NCBI GenBank assembly: GCA_000004985.1
Contig: GG738909.1
Reading direction: 5' to 3' (one strand)
Origin: Naegleria gruberi
Lineage: Eukaryota
Length of the DNA: 64,000 nt
This document shows positions 10,755 to 24,550 of this stretch, one piece after another. The translations under genes were made by a program, and so were the position numbers. How positions within the stretch are numbered: position 1 is the stretch's first letter; every line of letters begins with the position of its first letter. Below the pieces are notes generated by a model that was not told the DNA's origin, did not search any database, and saw nothing but the letters and a program-made list of their open reading frames with translations.

Positions 10755-12988
10755 ATGAAACGAGTCTCTCGAATTGGGATTGAAGGAGAGCAGCAACAAG
10801 AACCTCAGCAACGTCGACAACAACAACCACAAACATCAACAACAGAATTAGCATCATCATGTCCGAACCTACATGTATTAGTACAGCACCAACACCAGCA
10901 CCATAATCCAGAGAAGTATCTTGCTGTTACTACATGTACTAATCTTCATACTAAAAGTCCTTCTTCTTCATCGTCATCAACATATGAACATGAGCATCAC
11001 ACACCAGTAACAAACATTGTCATGCAACAAGCAACAATATCGTTACCTTCTTCACCAGTTGTGAATAACGAATCATCTTTACCATCAACATGTTCAGCAA
11101 GGATAACATTACATCCCATCTCATGTAAACGTTGCAAAAGTAGACATACTAGATGTGATAGAGTCTTACCAGCATGTAGTTATTGTTTAAAGAACAATTT
11201 CGAATGCATGTATGAGACTCCAAAAAAGTTAAGGAAGAATTTCAATGCAGAGTTTGTCGATCTGAATGAGAAGACATCAAGTAGCATGCATGCATCAATC
11301 ACACATCCACAACAACCCAAGTCCAAGTATAAGGTCTATAAGTTCAAGTTGAATACCAAAACTAAAGCTGAAGATGAGGAACCAATGGAAGAATGTGAAA
11401 AATATTGTGTAATTGATGATAAACCAATGTCAGCAAGGAAATTAGTGGAAGAACATTCTCATGTGATGGTGATGGTGATGGTGATGGTGATTCCCATAGA
11501 GAAAATGCTACTTTTGAGTTTAGAAATGAAATCAGACTCTTTGCAAAGAACTTTCTTGAATCATCATTGGATTATTATTCGAAACATATTTCGTAAGTTG
11601 AAGTATTTGATTGGAAGAAGTAGTTACCAAGTTGTATATATGGAAGGTTTGGGAATGACATTATGACAAGGGCAGATGTGTTGACTTTGTTGGACTTGAC
11701 AAACTCGGAAAGTTTACAATTATTCCCAGATGATTTGTTAGCACTAATGTATGCCTCACAAGCATTGATTCTGTATTTTAAGGAAGAATGGCGAGAGGCA
11801 GAGGAATACTACAACAAGTGCATTCAAATATTGGAAGATGAAACCGAATCAAATAGGCTTCTTTGTCTTTCTACCACTTTTGAGAATAGGACAATGTTTT
11901 TCACATCGAATAGAATGGATTCTCAGTCTCTGTTCTTGATAGGAACTAGGTTAATATTGTGTCAGTACAAATTGTCGATGGGAGATTTGAAAGAAGCTGT
12001 AAAATTTGTTAGATTGGCAGATGTCATGCTGGATGAAAGGTTTCCTGTATTTAAGGAACAAAGTTTTTTACCAATCAATGCTAATGAAATACCTCAAAAT
12101 CTATTTGATGGAATATCAAAGGAGGAAATTCTAATTATCAAAAAGAGGATTCATTGTGGAATGCTTTTGGATGAATTGAAATTCACACTGGAAAACCTAA
12201 AAGAATACATACAACCTGAATCAATGGTTTCCTCTCCACTTTTCAATAATCAATCATTCATACTGAAAGAAAGTAGTACTTTCCAATTTTCTTCATTTGT
12301 GAATAGATTTGTCTTTGGAAATTCAATAGATATCAGAGGTAGATGTAAATATGAACTGCTGTGTTTGTTGCAGTCCCCTAATGTGATTTTTAGGAATCAG
12401 ACTAATGTACCCTTCTTAATAATAGGAATAGCTGAGAATAATGTGAAACATTTGGAAGAAGAAGCTTTGGAACAATTTGGAATTGGAAAAGTACAAGCTA
12501 TTTCACTGAATGAATCATCAAGTCTAGATTTAAACGAGTTTAATCAAGTAGTATTCGTGTTACAGAAAATATACTTGACTAGTTGCAGTCTGCTTGTTCT
12601 CCACGAAATAATAATCAACAGCTCCCAACAATTTACACAACAATGTGATAGTGAAATTGTTGAAAAGTGTAAAATATGGAGGAGTGCCTTTGCAGACGAG
12701 CTTAGTGATTATTATGCACTACTACCAACAGAAACAGTAAATATTTGCTTATTGGTTGTGGCTGTGTTCGTGGTGGCAAACATTCATGCTGACCTGATTC
12801 GAAGAGAGCTGCTCAACAAAACTCCTCCGCCCGCGTTACTTGTGCGTAGAATGAGGAATGATTTTAGATTGCTCTCACTTTTAAAGAGAAAGTTTTCCAA
12901 CTGGTTTGGAAGTTATCATAATAAGTTGTGCGAGAATATAGAAAACTTATTGAACGAAATTGCAATACTTAATAAAGAAAATTTATAA
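10755..12988 (+). CDS. Zn(II)2Cys6 binuclear-cluster transcription factor. Model is join(10755..11592,11676..12988).
   Basis: Zn2Cys6 motif CKRCKSRHTRCDRVLPACSYCLKNNFEC. An 83-nt GTAAGT...GCAG intron joins two track ORFs in phase. Includes a Gln-rich N-terminus and a (GTGATG)5 repeat coding VMVMVMVMV. Confidence 0.65.
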
Positions 12989-13043
12989 GTATTTCAGAAT
13001 GATAAGATTTCCAACATGGTGTCATACAATGTGACACACGGAT

Positions 13044-14729
13044 TTAGTATCTATGATGATCTGAATCTCTTCCTGGAGTGTTATGCTCTTGAATTGAGGC
13101 AACATTGAAAAAATCTTCATTTTTGTTTCCTTCCTGTTGACTGGTTGTCTTCAGGTAAATCTTTTTCAGTAATCTTTTGAATACACCACCAATTAAGGCA
13201 AGTAAAATACCCAACAGACCTATTCCACAAATAATAAAGAATATCAAAAAGAATTTAGAACCTGAATTTTTCAGTTTAAGATCGCCATATCCAATAGTTG
13301 TTAGTGTAATAAATACAAAGTAGAGACTATCACCAAACACCCAATCTTCAAATGCCATAAAGATGAGAGCTCCAACAATGGAATACGTTGCCACTAGGAA
13401 GAAGAAATATACAATTTGACTAAGAGGATGTTTCACAATTACAGAAACAACTCGTTCTATCCTACTAGTCTTTCTTTGAGTGGAATTGAAACTGCATGAC
13501 ATGCAGAGTTTGATGAAGAATACTATAATATTGGAAATTAAGGTGAGGAAGGATTTGGTGTTTTGCATTAACTTTTTAAATAATACTCCTGTCATGGCTC
13601 CCATCGTTGCCAATCCCAAAATACCAAATAAAACTACAAATAGTTTTCCTGCAACTGTTTGAGGAACAACATCTCCATATCCTACAGTAGTAACTATTTA
13701 GACGAAAGTTAAAAGAATTGTATGATTTGAAATTAACTTACACGTCACAGTACTAAAATACAAGCAATTAGTATAATACCAATGGTCAATATTGAATAAA
13801 TCATAGGTAATGTCTGTCTCATTAGAGGAAGTGGTAACGTTATTAATGGTAAAGTTACTGGTCATTTGATTCAGGGTTTGAGCTTCATAGGTTCCCTCAA
13901 TTAACCAAATTGGAACACTAGCAACAAGGAGGAAGATGAAAATTGATACTATCAACAATAAGGCATAGCAACAATTCTTGGAGAATTGCTTACAGGTAAT
14001 ATCTTCCACTTGGAAATATTCATCAGCTGTGTTATGTCGAGTTCTTTCACTACGTTTGTGATATCTGGATTGGTAATATTCATGATCTACTTTCTTTTCC
14101 TTCCTAAAGCTTTGATTGGACAAAGCCATATACTCATACCTAGCATTTAGACTTTCAAATAAAAAGTCTGAAACATGACACATTGCCATGCAGGTTTCTC
14201 TTTCATCCAATTCATTGTACTGTCCTGTTGTCTTTTTCCACATTAATGATTCAATATCTGAAACATCTGCCAACACTGTTTGAAAAACATCAAAATTCGA
14301 TATCGTTACTTGATAGTCCTTTTTGAAATAATCTTTAGACAGGTATTGTCTCGCCACTACACAATATCTTCCATCAGGGTATTTAGCTCTAGCCACTAAA
14401 AAGTCATCCTGTTCGTCCACATAATTTATTTTCATCCTCCTTGGTGAAATTAGCCTCCTATTGTTACTACTAGTTCCATCTGTATTATCGGTATACAATG
14501 AATTCTTATCAATTTTGACACTAGACAATTCATAATTTCCTGTCATCATTGATGGGTCTTCCGACAATCGTATAGGCACAGAAAGTTCTGGTAACTCTCT
14601 TCTCGATGATGATATTGATGGTGGTAAAAGTCCATCTTCACTATAACTTGAATTCATCACCTGAATATCTGGCACTTCATACGAATCTTTATCTAACAAA
14701 CTTTCCGTTAATTCTTTTCTTGATGACAT
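13044..14729 (-). CDS. Two-pore-domain (4TM/2P) potassium channel. Model is complement(join(13044..13693,13742..14729)).
   Basis: Two selectivity filters: TFTTVGYGD (spanning a 48-nt intron) and TLTTIGYGD. Each lies between hydrophobic helices. There is a long cytoplasmic N-terminus. Confidence 0.75.
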
Positions 14730-15309
14730 GATGTTTTTCTAGAACTATTACCCATGATGTGTCAAAAACAATGACTATTTGGTGTTGAAATAATGACACA
14801 GAGGGTGTGTTTCTAATTTTTTGTTTGGTGTGCTGATGGATAATCTAGAACGAATCATGAGGTGGCAAAAGTGAATGAACCCATTTTGGAGGAATAAAGG
14901 TCCGCAAAATATCTTCTTTACATGGAAGAATCCTTTGATTACCAAGCCATGATAATTTGCTTATAATCTTGCTAGCCTACTACAACAATTTTTTAATTCC
15001 GAACAATAATAAGGCTGTGATTCAAATATTGAGGAAGCCACTCTGGAAGTGACCGTTAAGAAGTTTTCTATTTGGCGCTATTTTTTTAAAAAATATTTAA
15101 AATAAAAAAGTGATACAATGTTTCACCATCACAACAACAGAACAAGGTTGACTCTTCGTATCCTTGTTTTGACCAACGTTTAAAAATGTCTACACAACAG
15201 GGTCAGTTTGTCTATGCGTGTGTCTATCGTAAATTGATCAAACACAAAGGAACAGCAGCAAATATTAGTAATGTTAATCATCACGAGGAAGAAATAATAA
15301 TTTTGGAAG

Positions 15310-15582
15310 ATGAACAGAACAAACCAGAGTATTCCATTGAACCGTAATGCCAGTGCTAATGCTCAGTCAGAATTCAAATCAATTTCTAATGAACCAATAC
15401 TAGAAGAAGAGAGAGTGAAGAATAATGGAATAGTAAGCAAAATCTTGACGTATTTTAATACAGAATATGTTGATCCACTAATCAAGCTTCAACAAGAGAT
15501 AGAAAGGGCAAGAGCTAACTGTCCAGATCGTGTGCTTATGTACAACCGTATAATTGGTACCGATAACAGATATGGTGACTGA
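15310..15582 (+). CDS. Small hypothetical ORF (90 aa) upstream of the cyclase gene. It could be a separate gene or non-coding.
   Basis: ATG ORF with no recognisable domain. Confidence 0.2.
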   Translation: MNRTNQSIPLNRNASANAQSEFKSISNEPILEEERVKNNGIVSKILTYFNTEYVDPLIKLQQEIERARANCPDRVLMYNRIIGTDNRYGD

Positions 15583-15985
15583 TTATTGTCCATATTCAGT
15601 TTCATACAAAACATCAGAGGACATTTCAGTGACAGAACAATTGACAAATGTGGATGATTAGTTGTTAATTGAGTATTTTATTGGCCTATAATGACATCAC
15701 CATAATAAGAGTAAGACCGCATGCAAGAATATTCTTCCTACAAAATACCACTATTTAATTAGAAAAACTACGAATAAGGTTGTGATGCTCCATAACGTTT
15801 TCCATAAGTTCATAAGTATTTTGTACCTGACTTCCTGAAAAGAAATATAATTTCATTTTACTACATCCTTATTAGTTTTATATGATTCCCGCCATACAAA
15901 TCTCATTGGTTATGATTTTGTTATTGAGCAAGGTATTTGATTATTTCATCAACTCAGCCAGTTCAATTTTAAAAAAACCAGAATA

Positions 15986-18900
15986 ATGACATCTCTCAAT
16001 GTTAATGTGTTTGACGATAGAGGTTCAAACAGTTCTCAAAGTAATTCGAGGGTGCTGCTCTCTCCACCTCAGGGAGCCAACAATTACTTACTAATTCCAA
16101 CCAGTAACTATGCAGGATCATCAGTATGTTCCTCTGACAGACATTCCAAAACTGACATTTCAGGTTCTGAAGTTAATGCGGTAACAAAACTGAAGAACTC
16201 GACTTTGGAGTTTGTACTCTTCATACAAGACAACCAAGTGAAGGAGGGAATCTATGGTTATGTGATAACCTTGTTGATTCACTTGTACATGTTTTGGATT
16301 GGAATTTTTCTACCAAATCTTGGACCAGAAATGATGTACGGAGATTGGGGAACATGGATTTTCTCAGTACTCAACTATGCTATTACTCTCTCATTTGAAA
16401 GGATCCCTTATAAGGGAGGTATTGTATTGGCTTTTATTGGAGTAGGTATTGTATTGGTATTTGTAATTCTATTGATCTGGACAATCTTTGCCTACAAGAC
16501 AACCTCCCAACATTTAAAGAACTCGAGAAGAGCTATTGCCATCTTTTCCAAAGTATTTCCATTCATATCAGTACCTCTCTTGTACTTGATGACATTCTCT
16601 CTTGATTGTAATTATACAGTAAGCTCATCAAATCTGAATAGATTTGAATTCTATTCCCATGAGGTGATCCAATGCCACGATACTAGCAATATTATATTTG
16701 TGGTGGTAATGATCTTGGCCATCCTGTTATTGATTATACTCAATGTATTCTCCATGCTCATTGTACCAAACTGCCATCCTCAAAATATAGCTCCATTTGT
16801 GACCGATAATCCAGTTTTCATGAGCTTGTTAGTTGCCTTCAATCTGTGGCAACTCTTTTTACACTTTATCATTCCAACACAATACTCTTTTATGAGAGCT
16901 ATTGTTCATAGTGTTGGATCTATTATTTTAATTATAATTTTTGCCAAGCTGATTCCATTCATTAGAAGAATTGAGAATAGTATTGTATTTGGTTGCCTGT
17001 TGGCTAGATTAGCTTCGAGTATTGGAGCTATTGTAACTTCTATTGTAAATAACCCATCCCTATCAAAGATACTGCCATCGGTGGATAATACACTTGGTGT
17101 TGGACTTGCAGGTCTAACTATTGGTTTGATTATTATTGGTTTTGTGCTTGGTTTCTCCCTTATGGAATTGTATACGAGATTTATTGTGAGATCTATTAGA
17201 AACTTTGTTCTGGAATGTATTCAATCAGATAATGATGAAACAAATCTAGATTCCAAAGAAACTGAAAAATACATTGAGAAAGAAGCACAAATTATTTATC
17301 AACAGTTGGTTGAGTCAAGAAAATTAAGGCACCTTAGAATATTCTTTAAATTTTCTATGAAATTCAAAGAAAAATATCCAACGGAAAAATCAGAAACGCC
17401 CACACAGCACAATCTACTCGATATTTATATTTGTATTGCTCTGATTAAGGGGTTCTCTTCCAATAACCAATTAGATAATGAGATTATCCTTCTCTCTAGT
17501 ATGATTATTGCAAATTATTTGCCAAACGAGGTCAATTCTACAACATTTGCTCAAGGACTTTTGAAGAAAGCTTTTAAAAGAAGACCATCCACTTACTATA
17601 ATTTATTAATTAGTCTAGCTCAAAAACAAGTAGAAGCAACGGTCTATCAAACCAATCCAGAGAGCAGAAACAATGTTGAAATGGCCAAGCTTATTGGTCA
17701 CTTAGAAAGAAGACAGGATGAATTACGAGCACTTCACAGAGCTTTCTGGAAGGAAATCATGCAAGAAAATATCAATCATGAAAAATGTGAATCTATTATT
17801 GTAAGGATTGGGATATTGTCTCATGAATGTGAAACTAAATTCAAGAATTTAATGCACATTTACAAAAACGACAAGACAGTTCTTCGATGTGTTGCTAAAT
17901 ATGTAGAATCTTTTAAATTCAATAAGGAAGCTGCTCAGGAATTATATTCTGAAGCAACAACAATTGAAGAAGAGGATTCCAAACGAATGAATGCCTCCTC
18001 TAAAAGAAGAATTAAAAAGAACCAAAAGAACAGAGTGCATCCTCAACAAATCAGTCACGCTTTTGAGACGTTATCTTATGGTGATGCTAATCATCATGAG
18101 GTAGAGTCCACTGTTGTAGGAGATTTGAATAACGATTTTGGTGGTGTTGAGAATAATCCAGAATTGAAGAAGGAGCTTCTGTTCAGGAATGCATTGGCCA
18201 TCTCACATAAGAATCATTCACATCTCACAATGTTTTTCATTTTCATTGTGCTATCCTTGCTAATTTTGGTTTCAACATTAGTAATGAGCTTGATGTTTTC
18301 GAATTATGTTACTGAGAGCGTACTTGTTGTGGATACTGCCTGTACACCGATTGCATCTGCTATTCGAATTGTTAGTGGAACAAGAAGTTATCAGAGCTCT
18401 CTATTGTTGTACAGTTCCAATTCATCAGCTTGGCCTTCATTATTGGCAGAATATGGCTACTCGAGCCTTTCTGAATTCAAGAAAGCTCACAAGAAAGAGC
18501 TAAGGGATAATATTGATTACTTAATTCTATTGAAAGAGCTAGCACAAACAGCCAAGTTTACCACTGATATGTACTCTGAATTTCATGAATACTACTATAG
18601 CTTTAATCAACCAAAGGCAAATACTAATGGTTTGGAAAAGATTTACAACTCTACCACAGCTATCAATATTACCATTGCAGATATTACTAATTTGGCTATA
18701 ACCTATTCAGAGCAGATTTACAAATTTGAAGATGAGGATTATCTACATACTTTCAGCAGTTATCCTTTCATGATACTATTCAACAATAGGAATATTATGA
18801 CAGCAGCTTATTCTTCATTCTGTTACAAATTTGTTGAGGAATCCAAGAGCTATACCAAGACGATTTCCAATACTTTTATTATTTACTACTCTTGCTCAAT

Positions 18901-21257
18901 TGTTGTTTATTTTACTTACACTGCTATTTATTTGTGCTTTGCAAGATTGGATTTGTCTTTTTTGAAAAAGCTTATTGTTTTATTGGAAAAGAATGTGTCA
19001 AAGCATGAAGCAGGAAAAATGTATCACAATTTGGGCAAGCTAGTCCAAGATGACAGCTCTGTAAGACCGGCCAAGAACTCTGCTTTATACCCTAGGAATG
19101 TTGTGGTAGGATTGGGAATTGTGACAGCAATCTGTGTTGCACTCTGTGCTGGTTTGTTCCTAGCTCAAACTCTCAGCAATTCTCAATACAGCTTTGAGTC
19201 CTATGTCACCATGAGGGATGCTTTCAATGCATTAGAAAACTCCCAATATATTGCAGAAGCGATAACTGAGGAATTCATTAATTTAAAAATTGCTGACAAA
19301 ACATTTATTAATGGATTGGTTTCATCTAATACTGAGCGTTCTGAATCTATTCAAGCATCAATTAAGAAATTAAGATTCTATTGGAATATGTGCATGTATG
19401 GGTCTAATTATTACCCAGATGAGACTCTTGTGATTGGTCTTTTCGAAAAGACTGATTTGATGATAAAGGGAGAAGCTAATTGTACATTTGAAAAGATGAT
19501 TTCACATAATTGCAGCATTGGTGTTGATAAATTGATCACAACTTACACGACTAAAGCCACACAACTCACAGAAGATATTGATCTCAAATCAACAACATTT
19601 GAATCATTATTTGATGACTATTTGGTAGTTAGTTTTTTCTCTACCTATGTAAGCAATTCATTACTGTCATTTTCAGATGTATTTGCTATGGCTGCCTCTG
19701 TTCCATCAGACAAGTTGGTGATTCCATTTGCCATTCTTGGATTTTTGACTTTGTTTATATTCTCGATTGGTATTTACATGTCAATGGGAAAGTATTTCAA
19801 TTCAGTCCAACAACTGCGTCTTCTTTTCAATTATCTACCTCTAGACTTGATGGACTCAAACGAAAATATTAAGAATTATATTGTACATCATCATCTTCCT
19901 GACTCATTCTCAAACATTTTTAGAAGAAAGAAAGGTTCTTCATCAGAGGGCGACTCAAAAGTTCGAAGCATTTTGAACGCATCTGTAGATGGAGCAGTGA
20001 TGTGCAGTGGAGAGAAGGTTGATATTGAAATATTCAATCCAGCAGCTCAAAAGATATTTGGATATAATCAAACAGAAACGATTGGCAGATCATTGTATCA
20101 ATTATTTGAAAAGAATGAGCAATCGAAAATTAAAAACCTCATTGATGAAATGTTAGTGAATGCAGCAAGAGGTGATTCGAAAGGAGATTCTATTGAATTG
20201 GAATGTATCAGAAAGAATCAAACAAGCTTCCCATCACGTGTCAATATTTTTGCCACTCTTCACAATTCTCAAAGTGTTGTCACTTGTTTCATTAAGGATA
20301 TTACAACAGAGAAGAAGCATAATTCATTATTGACAGAAGAAAAGAAACATTCTGAAGAATTATTATTGAATATTTTACCAAGTGCAGTGGCAAGTAAATT
20401 GAAATCAGGAGAAACTTATATTGCAGAGAAATTCAATGATGTTTCATGTTTTTTTAGTGACATGGTTGGATTTACAAAATTAAGTACTGGAATTCAAGCA
20501 TCTGAATTGGTTCAAATGTTGAATGAAATTGTAATTGGATTTGATGATTTGACAGACAAATATAATTTGGAAAAGATTAAAACGATTGGAGATTCATATT
20601 TTTGTGTGGGTGGATTACATGGATTAAATGCACAATCAGATCATCCTGAAAGAATTTTGAGATTTTCCATTGATACATTTGATGTTTTACAAAGATTTAA
20701 TTCAAAATCAGGAAAACAACCATCTGAACAAATTAATATTCGTGTTGGTATTAATACTGGAAGTGTTATTGCAGGTGTTATTGGGAGGAAGAAATTTGCC
20801 TATGTATGTTTTTAATTTCAACATTTTAACATTTTATTGTGTAAATTGTACATTTTCAATATTTCATATTAATATATTAATTAAATAGGATTTATGGGGA
20901 GATACAATTAATACAGCTTCAAGAATGGAATCTAATTCAATTCCAGGAAGAATTCAAATTTCCAGATCAACCTATGAAAGAGTTTATGATTTGGGTTTCA
21001 CTTTTGAAGAAAGACATTTAAATGTGAAAGGAAAGGGTGAATGTATTGCTTACATGTTGCATGAGAAACATCACACTCCAGCTCTTGTTCCATCCTTCAC
21101 TGACATGTTGAGAACAAGTTTAAACATTTTACAAAAGAAAAATTCTGCAAATCTTGAAACATTGAATGAACCCAAAACACCAACAAGAAACAATGATAAT
21201 ATTACCTTGACAATCAATCAAGAAGCCTACCTATCTCCAAATAATACTTTGGAGTAA
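15986..21257 (+). CDS. Polytopic PAS-domain class III adenylyl cyclase of about 1730 aa. Model is join(15986..20803,20889..21257).
   Basis: A 1609-codon exon encodes a multi-TM N-terminal block, further TM helices and a PAS-like segment. The cyclase core FFSDMVGFTKLS...KIKTIGDSYFCVGGL...GVIGRKKFAY|DLWGDTINTASRMES spans an 85-nt GTATGT...AG intron. Both metal Asp, the specificity Lys and Asp, and the transition-state Asn/Arg are present. Confidence 0.8.
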
Positions 21258-21840
21258 TTTATTTTGAGCTCTGTTATGAACAAAGATGAGTTCTAAATGA
21301 AAGACCTCCAGTGAATAGGCTTGCCAAACGAGGTGCAAGATTAAGCAACAAATCCCAAAATGAGAATTGATTGTGTTTACACTCCGTAATTCACATCAGC
21401 GGTGTTGCTCAGTTTGGAAGAAATTCAAATGGTTCATATTGAGATATTTCACTTTGATAGTTTGATAGGGATGAGTATATTCTGTATTGACTTAATAAAT
21501 TGTAGTTAACCATCAGTTTACTTCACAATAAAGATGTGTAAGTGTATTAATGTCTCTTGTATCAAAAACGACCTGAGAGACCACACTTTTCGGCATTTAA
21601 GGACTCTGTGCAACATTTGAATGATTTGGGTTAAGATTGAGTGCCTAAAGTAGGCAGTTTACTTCACATAATACGCACTTCTAGTTGCTTTCATGTGTTT
21701 CAGAGTAATAAGACGGTGCCATTTTCTGTTGTTCCAACTAAAGAATTTTTCACCACTGTCACATGCAAACCGCCCTCTATGAGAAAACTAATCTTATCAT
21801 ACGTAATTAGTCAACCAATTACTTTCCATCTCATAAAAAA

Positions 21841-22570
21841 ATGGTTAAAGGTTTACTTTTGACTCTTTTAGCAGTCCTTGTTGTCATTGTTGCTGTTGTA
21901 CATGCACAACAATCAACATGTGGTTCCTTGTCAAACAATTCTCGTTACATTAACCTTGTCGGTTCTTGGAGAGAAACTTCGAGTGGTAAGATTTGGACCA
22001 GTGTTCAACAGGGAAATCATTTCACTTGGACACAACAAGGTACCAATAGAAAGGCAACTGGTTTTGTTGGTAAGTAAACTATAGTTTCGAATGAACATGT
22101 CATTTGTGTTTGTGAAAATAGTTGCTCCATGTCAAATTTCTACTGCAGTTGCATATATTACATTTGATGGAAGTACTCATTGGAAAGTTAGTATTTCCTC
22201 CGATGGAGAAATTATTCGTGGACCTTCAGAAACTTTTACTAGAGTGAATGCTACTCAACCAGTTGCTCAACCAAGAGGTCAATATAAGGAAAAGTCAGGA
22301 AAGATTTGGACTGTCACTGGCTCTACTTGTCATGCTTTTACTTTGCGTAATCAAGGTAAGTTTCGAATAGTTTCAGATAATTAAAAATTCTTAATTGAAA
22401 CAGATGGAAGAACTGCTGAAGGTTTCTACTCAAATGATGAATCTACTGGATTGACTACTATCTATATTACATTCCATGATCCTACTGGAGATACTATTTT
22501 GAGATCAACTACTCCTAATATGGATATTTGGCAATTATCGAATGGTGATGTTTTCAGAAGAGTTGTTTAA
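21841..22570 (+). CDS. Small secreted protein with two internal repeats. Model is join(21841..22069,22122..22355,22404..22570).
   Basis: Signal peptide MVKGLLLTLLAVLVVIVAVVHA. Two GTAAGT...AG introns of 52 and 48 nt have consistent phase. The repeat SGKIWT..G occurs twice. Confidence 0.6.
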
Positions 22571-22579
22571 GGAAATAAA

Positions 22580-24305
22580 TTAATTTCCCACCAAAGAATA
22601 GTTCAATATTTTCAATTTTTTAGAAATATTAGAATTGACTATTTGGGAAATATCCAAATTAGAATGAATCACATTCAATTCAGTTAAAGTATTTCCAAGA
22701 TTGTCCACCAATTTGGATAGATCAGAAATATTCAAGTTTTTAACTCCATTCAGTGAAAGGCTTTGCAATTTTGGAGGAAATTTACAATCAGAAATCGCTG
22801 AAAGATTGCTGAAATTACAAAAATCCATTTTGAGAATTTTCAAATTTCTAAATTGTTGATTCTCAAAGAAATATTCAAAGTCCTCTTCTTTGAGAAGGTA
22901 ATTATTGCTCAAATCTAAATATTCCAAACTTTTAAATCTGTCATCCTTAACTAGATGTTGAAAAATATCGCTTGTCAAGAAACATGATTGTAAATCAATA
23001 AATTTCACATATTTGAAGGGAGTTTTCATAAACAGTTCAAGATTGGGTTTCTTGACCCTAATTCCGCCTTCATTCATAATTCCATTAAATTCACGGCAAA
23101 CTAATCTCATGTTCAGAATGTCATCCAAATCAAAGAATTCTGAAACAGAAAGAATTTCGTCTCGTTTCAAAGGTCTTGCTGTCCAGATAATTTCAATTTC
23201 TGGTTTGGAAAGAATTGCATCCATTAAATTGGTGAATCGAGTGGTTGGAATATTGACTTTCCAATTTGGATCAACTTTATCCAACCATTTGTCCACTTCT
23301 GAAGGTGTTGGAATGAAATTCAGATCGATCATATCAAATGCTGGTCTTCCAACAACTTCATTAAACATTCCAACTAGAGATTCTCTATGGAAACAACAAT
23401 CAACAACAAAGTGCTTGGCAATTTTAGATTCTCGATCCAAATTAAGAAACTTTTCAATGATAAAGTCTTTCACCTCATTTGGATCTGAATCATTTCCCTT
23501 AAAATCCTTAAAGAATGATGAAAGCTTGTATCCTCTCCTAATCTTTTCTCTCAACACTTCAAATTTTGTGAAAATTACATAAAGTCTCTTGATTTCCTTT
23601 CTTTCCAAAACACTCTGAAAAAGTCTATACGAATCGTCAAATCTATTCAAATCCGAAAGTTCATAACACAATTCATTGCACTGAGATAGAGAAATTACAA
23701 AGCAATGTTTACATTCTGAGCTCGTAATTAAATCTTCCCATCTACTTCTCTCACATCTCTGTCCGCCAGTATCGAAACATGTAACTCCACAAACAGTTCT
23801 TTCAACTATTCCAACAGTTTTCATATAGATTCTAGCATAATCCTTTGGTATTAATCTCTGTTTCATATACCTTTCTAATACATTTCTTTGATTGAAATAC
23901 GAAACTGTTTCACTAATTTCTGAAATACAATTTCCTTCAATTTCCTTTTCATGAATACATTTCTGAAATCCAGAATCGTGATACATTAAATAGAAATATT
24001 CATGTATTTCATCATCCAATTTCTTATTAGGTATTCTATTCTTTACCAGTGCAGAATCTTGAACTTTATCAAATGCTTGTCCAAATTTAGTAAAATCATT
24101 CCTGGATGGATTTATATCGGATAGGAATAGTTTAAAACACCAGGGAAGATGATTATATTTTGTGGTGTTGCAACGGGAAATTGTAGGGTTGTTCAATCCA
24201 AGCAAGGTATTAAACAATGTTGCTAAAATATAGAATATTCGAATCCTTTAGAATATTGTAATTTAATTTCTTACTTTTTCCTGATCCACCACTTCCCAAG
24301 AAAAC
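22580..24305 (-). CDS. G-protein alpha-like GTPase domain fused to a C-terminal F-box plus leucine-rich repeats. Model is complement(join(22580..24222,24275..24305)), with the 5' end uncertain.
   Basis: G-alpha motifs: P-loop FLGSGGSGKT (on the upstream exon across a 52-nt intron), switch I ARIYMKTVGIVERTV, and switch II/G3 CFDTGGQRCERSRW. The C-terminal helix region resembles G-alpha. The same ORF continues through an F-box-like EILSVSEFFDLDDILNMRLVCREFNGI into LRRs. A one-codon ATG first exon at 24349-24351 is possible. Confidence 0.55.
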
Positions 24306-24550
24306 CTTTGCAAAATAACTATGATTGTTAAATTGTGATTTTACTTACCATCTTGTCGTGTGATGCAAAATCTTCTCCCTCATTATGTGTTCATTTTTTT
24401 TGTGAAGTTTCGTCCAAGTTCTTAGAATGTTCCAAACTGACCAGTGGTGGCTACCGTCAATTATTAACAATAGTTCCATTGTTGACCTGATGTTTACTTT
24501 ACAAAAATTTCACAATAAATTGACTTGAGAAATTCAACAAATATTTATCC

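Noticed and set aside
15310-15582. Treating ORF 15310..15582 as a 5' exon of the cyclase gene
   Set aside because: Multiple stops in all frames between 15583 and 15985, and no GT-AG pair found that would join it in phase to 15986.
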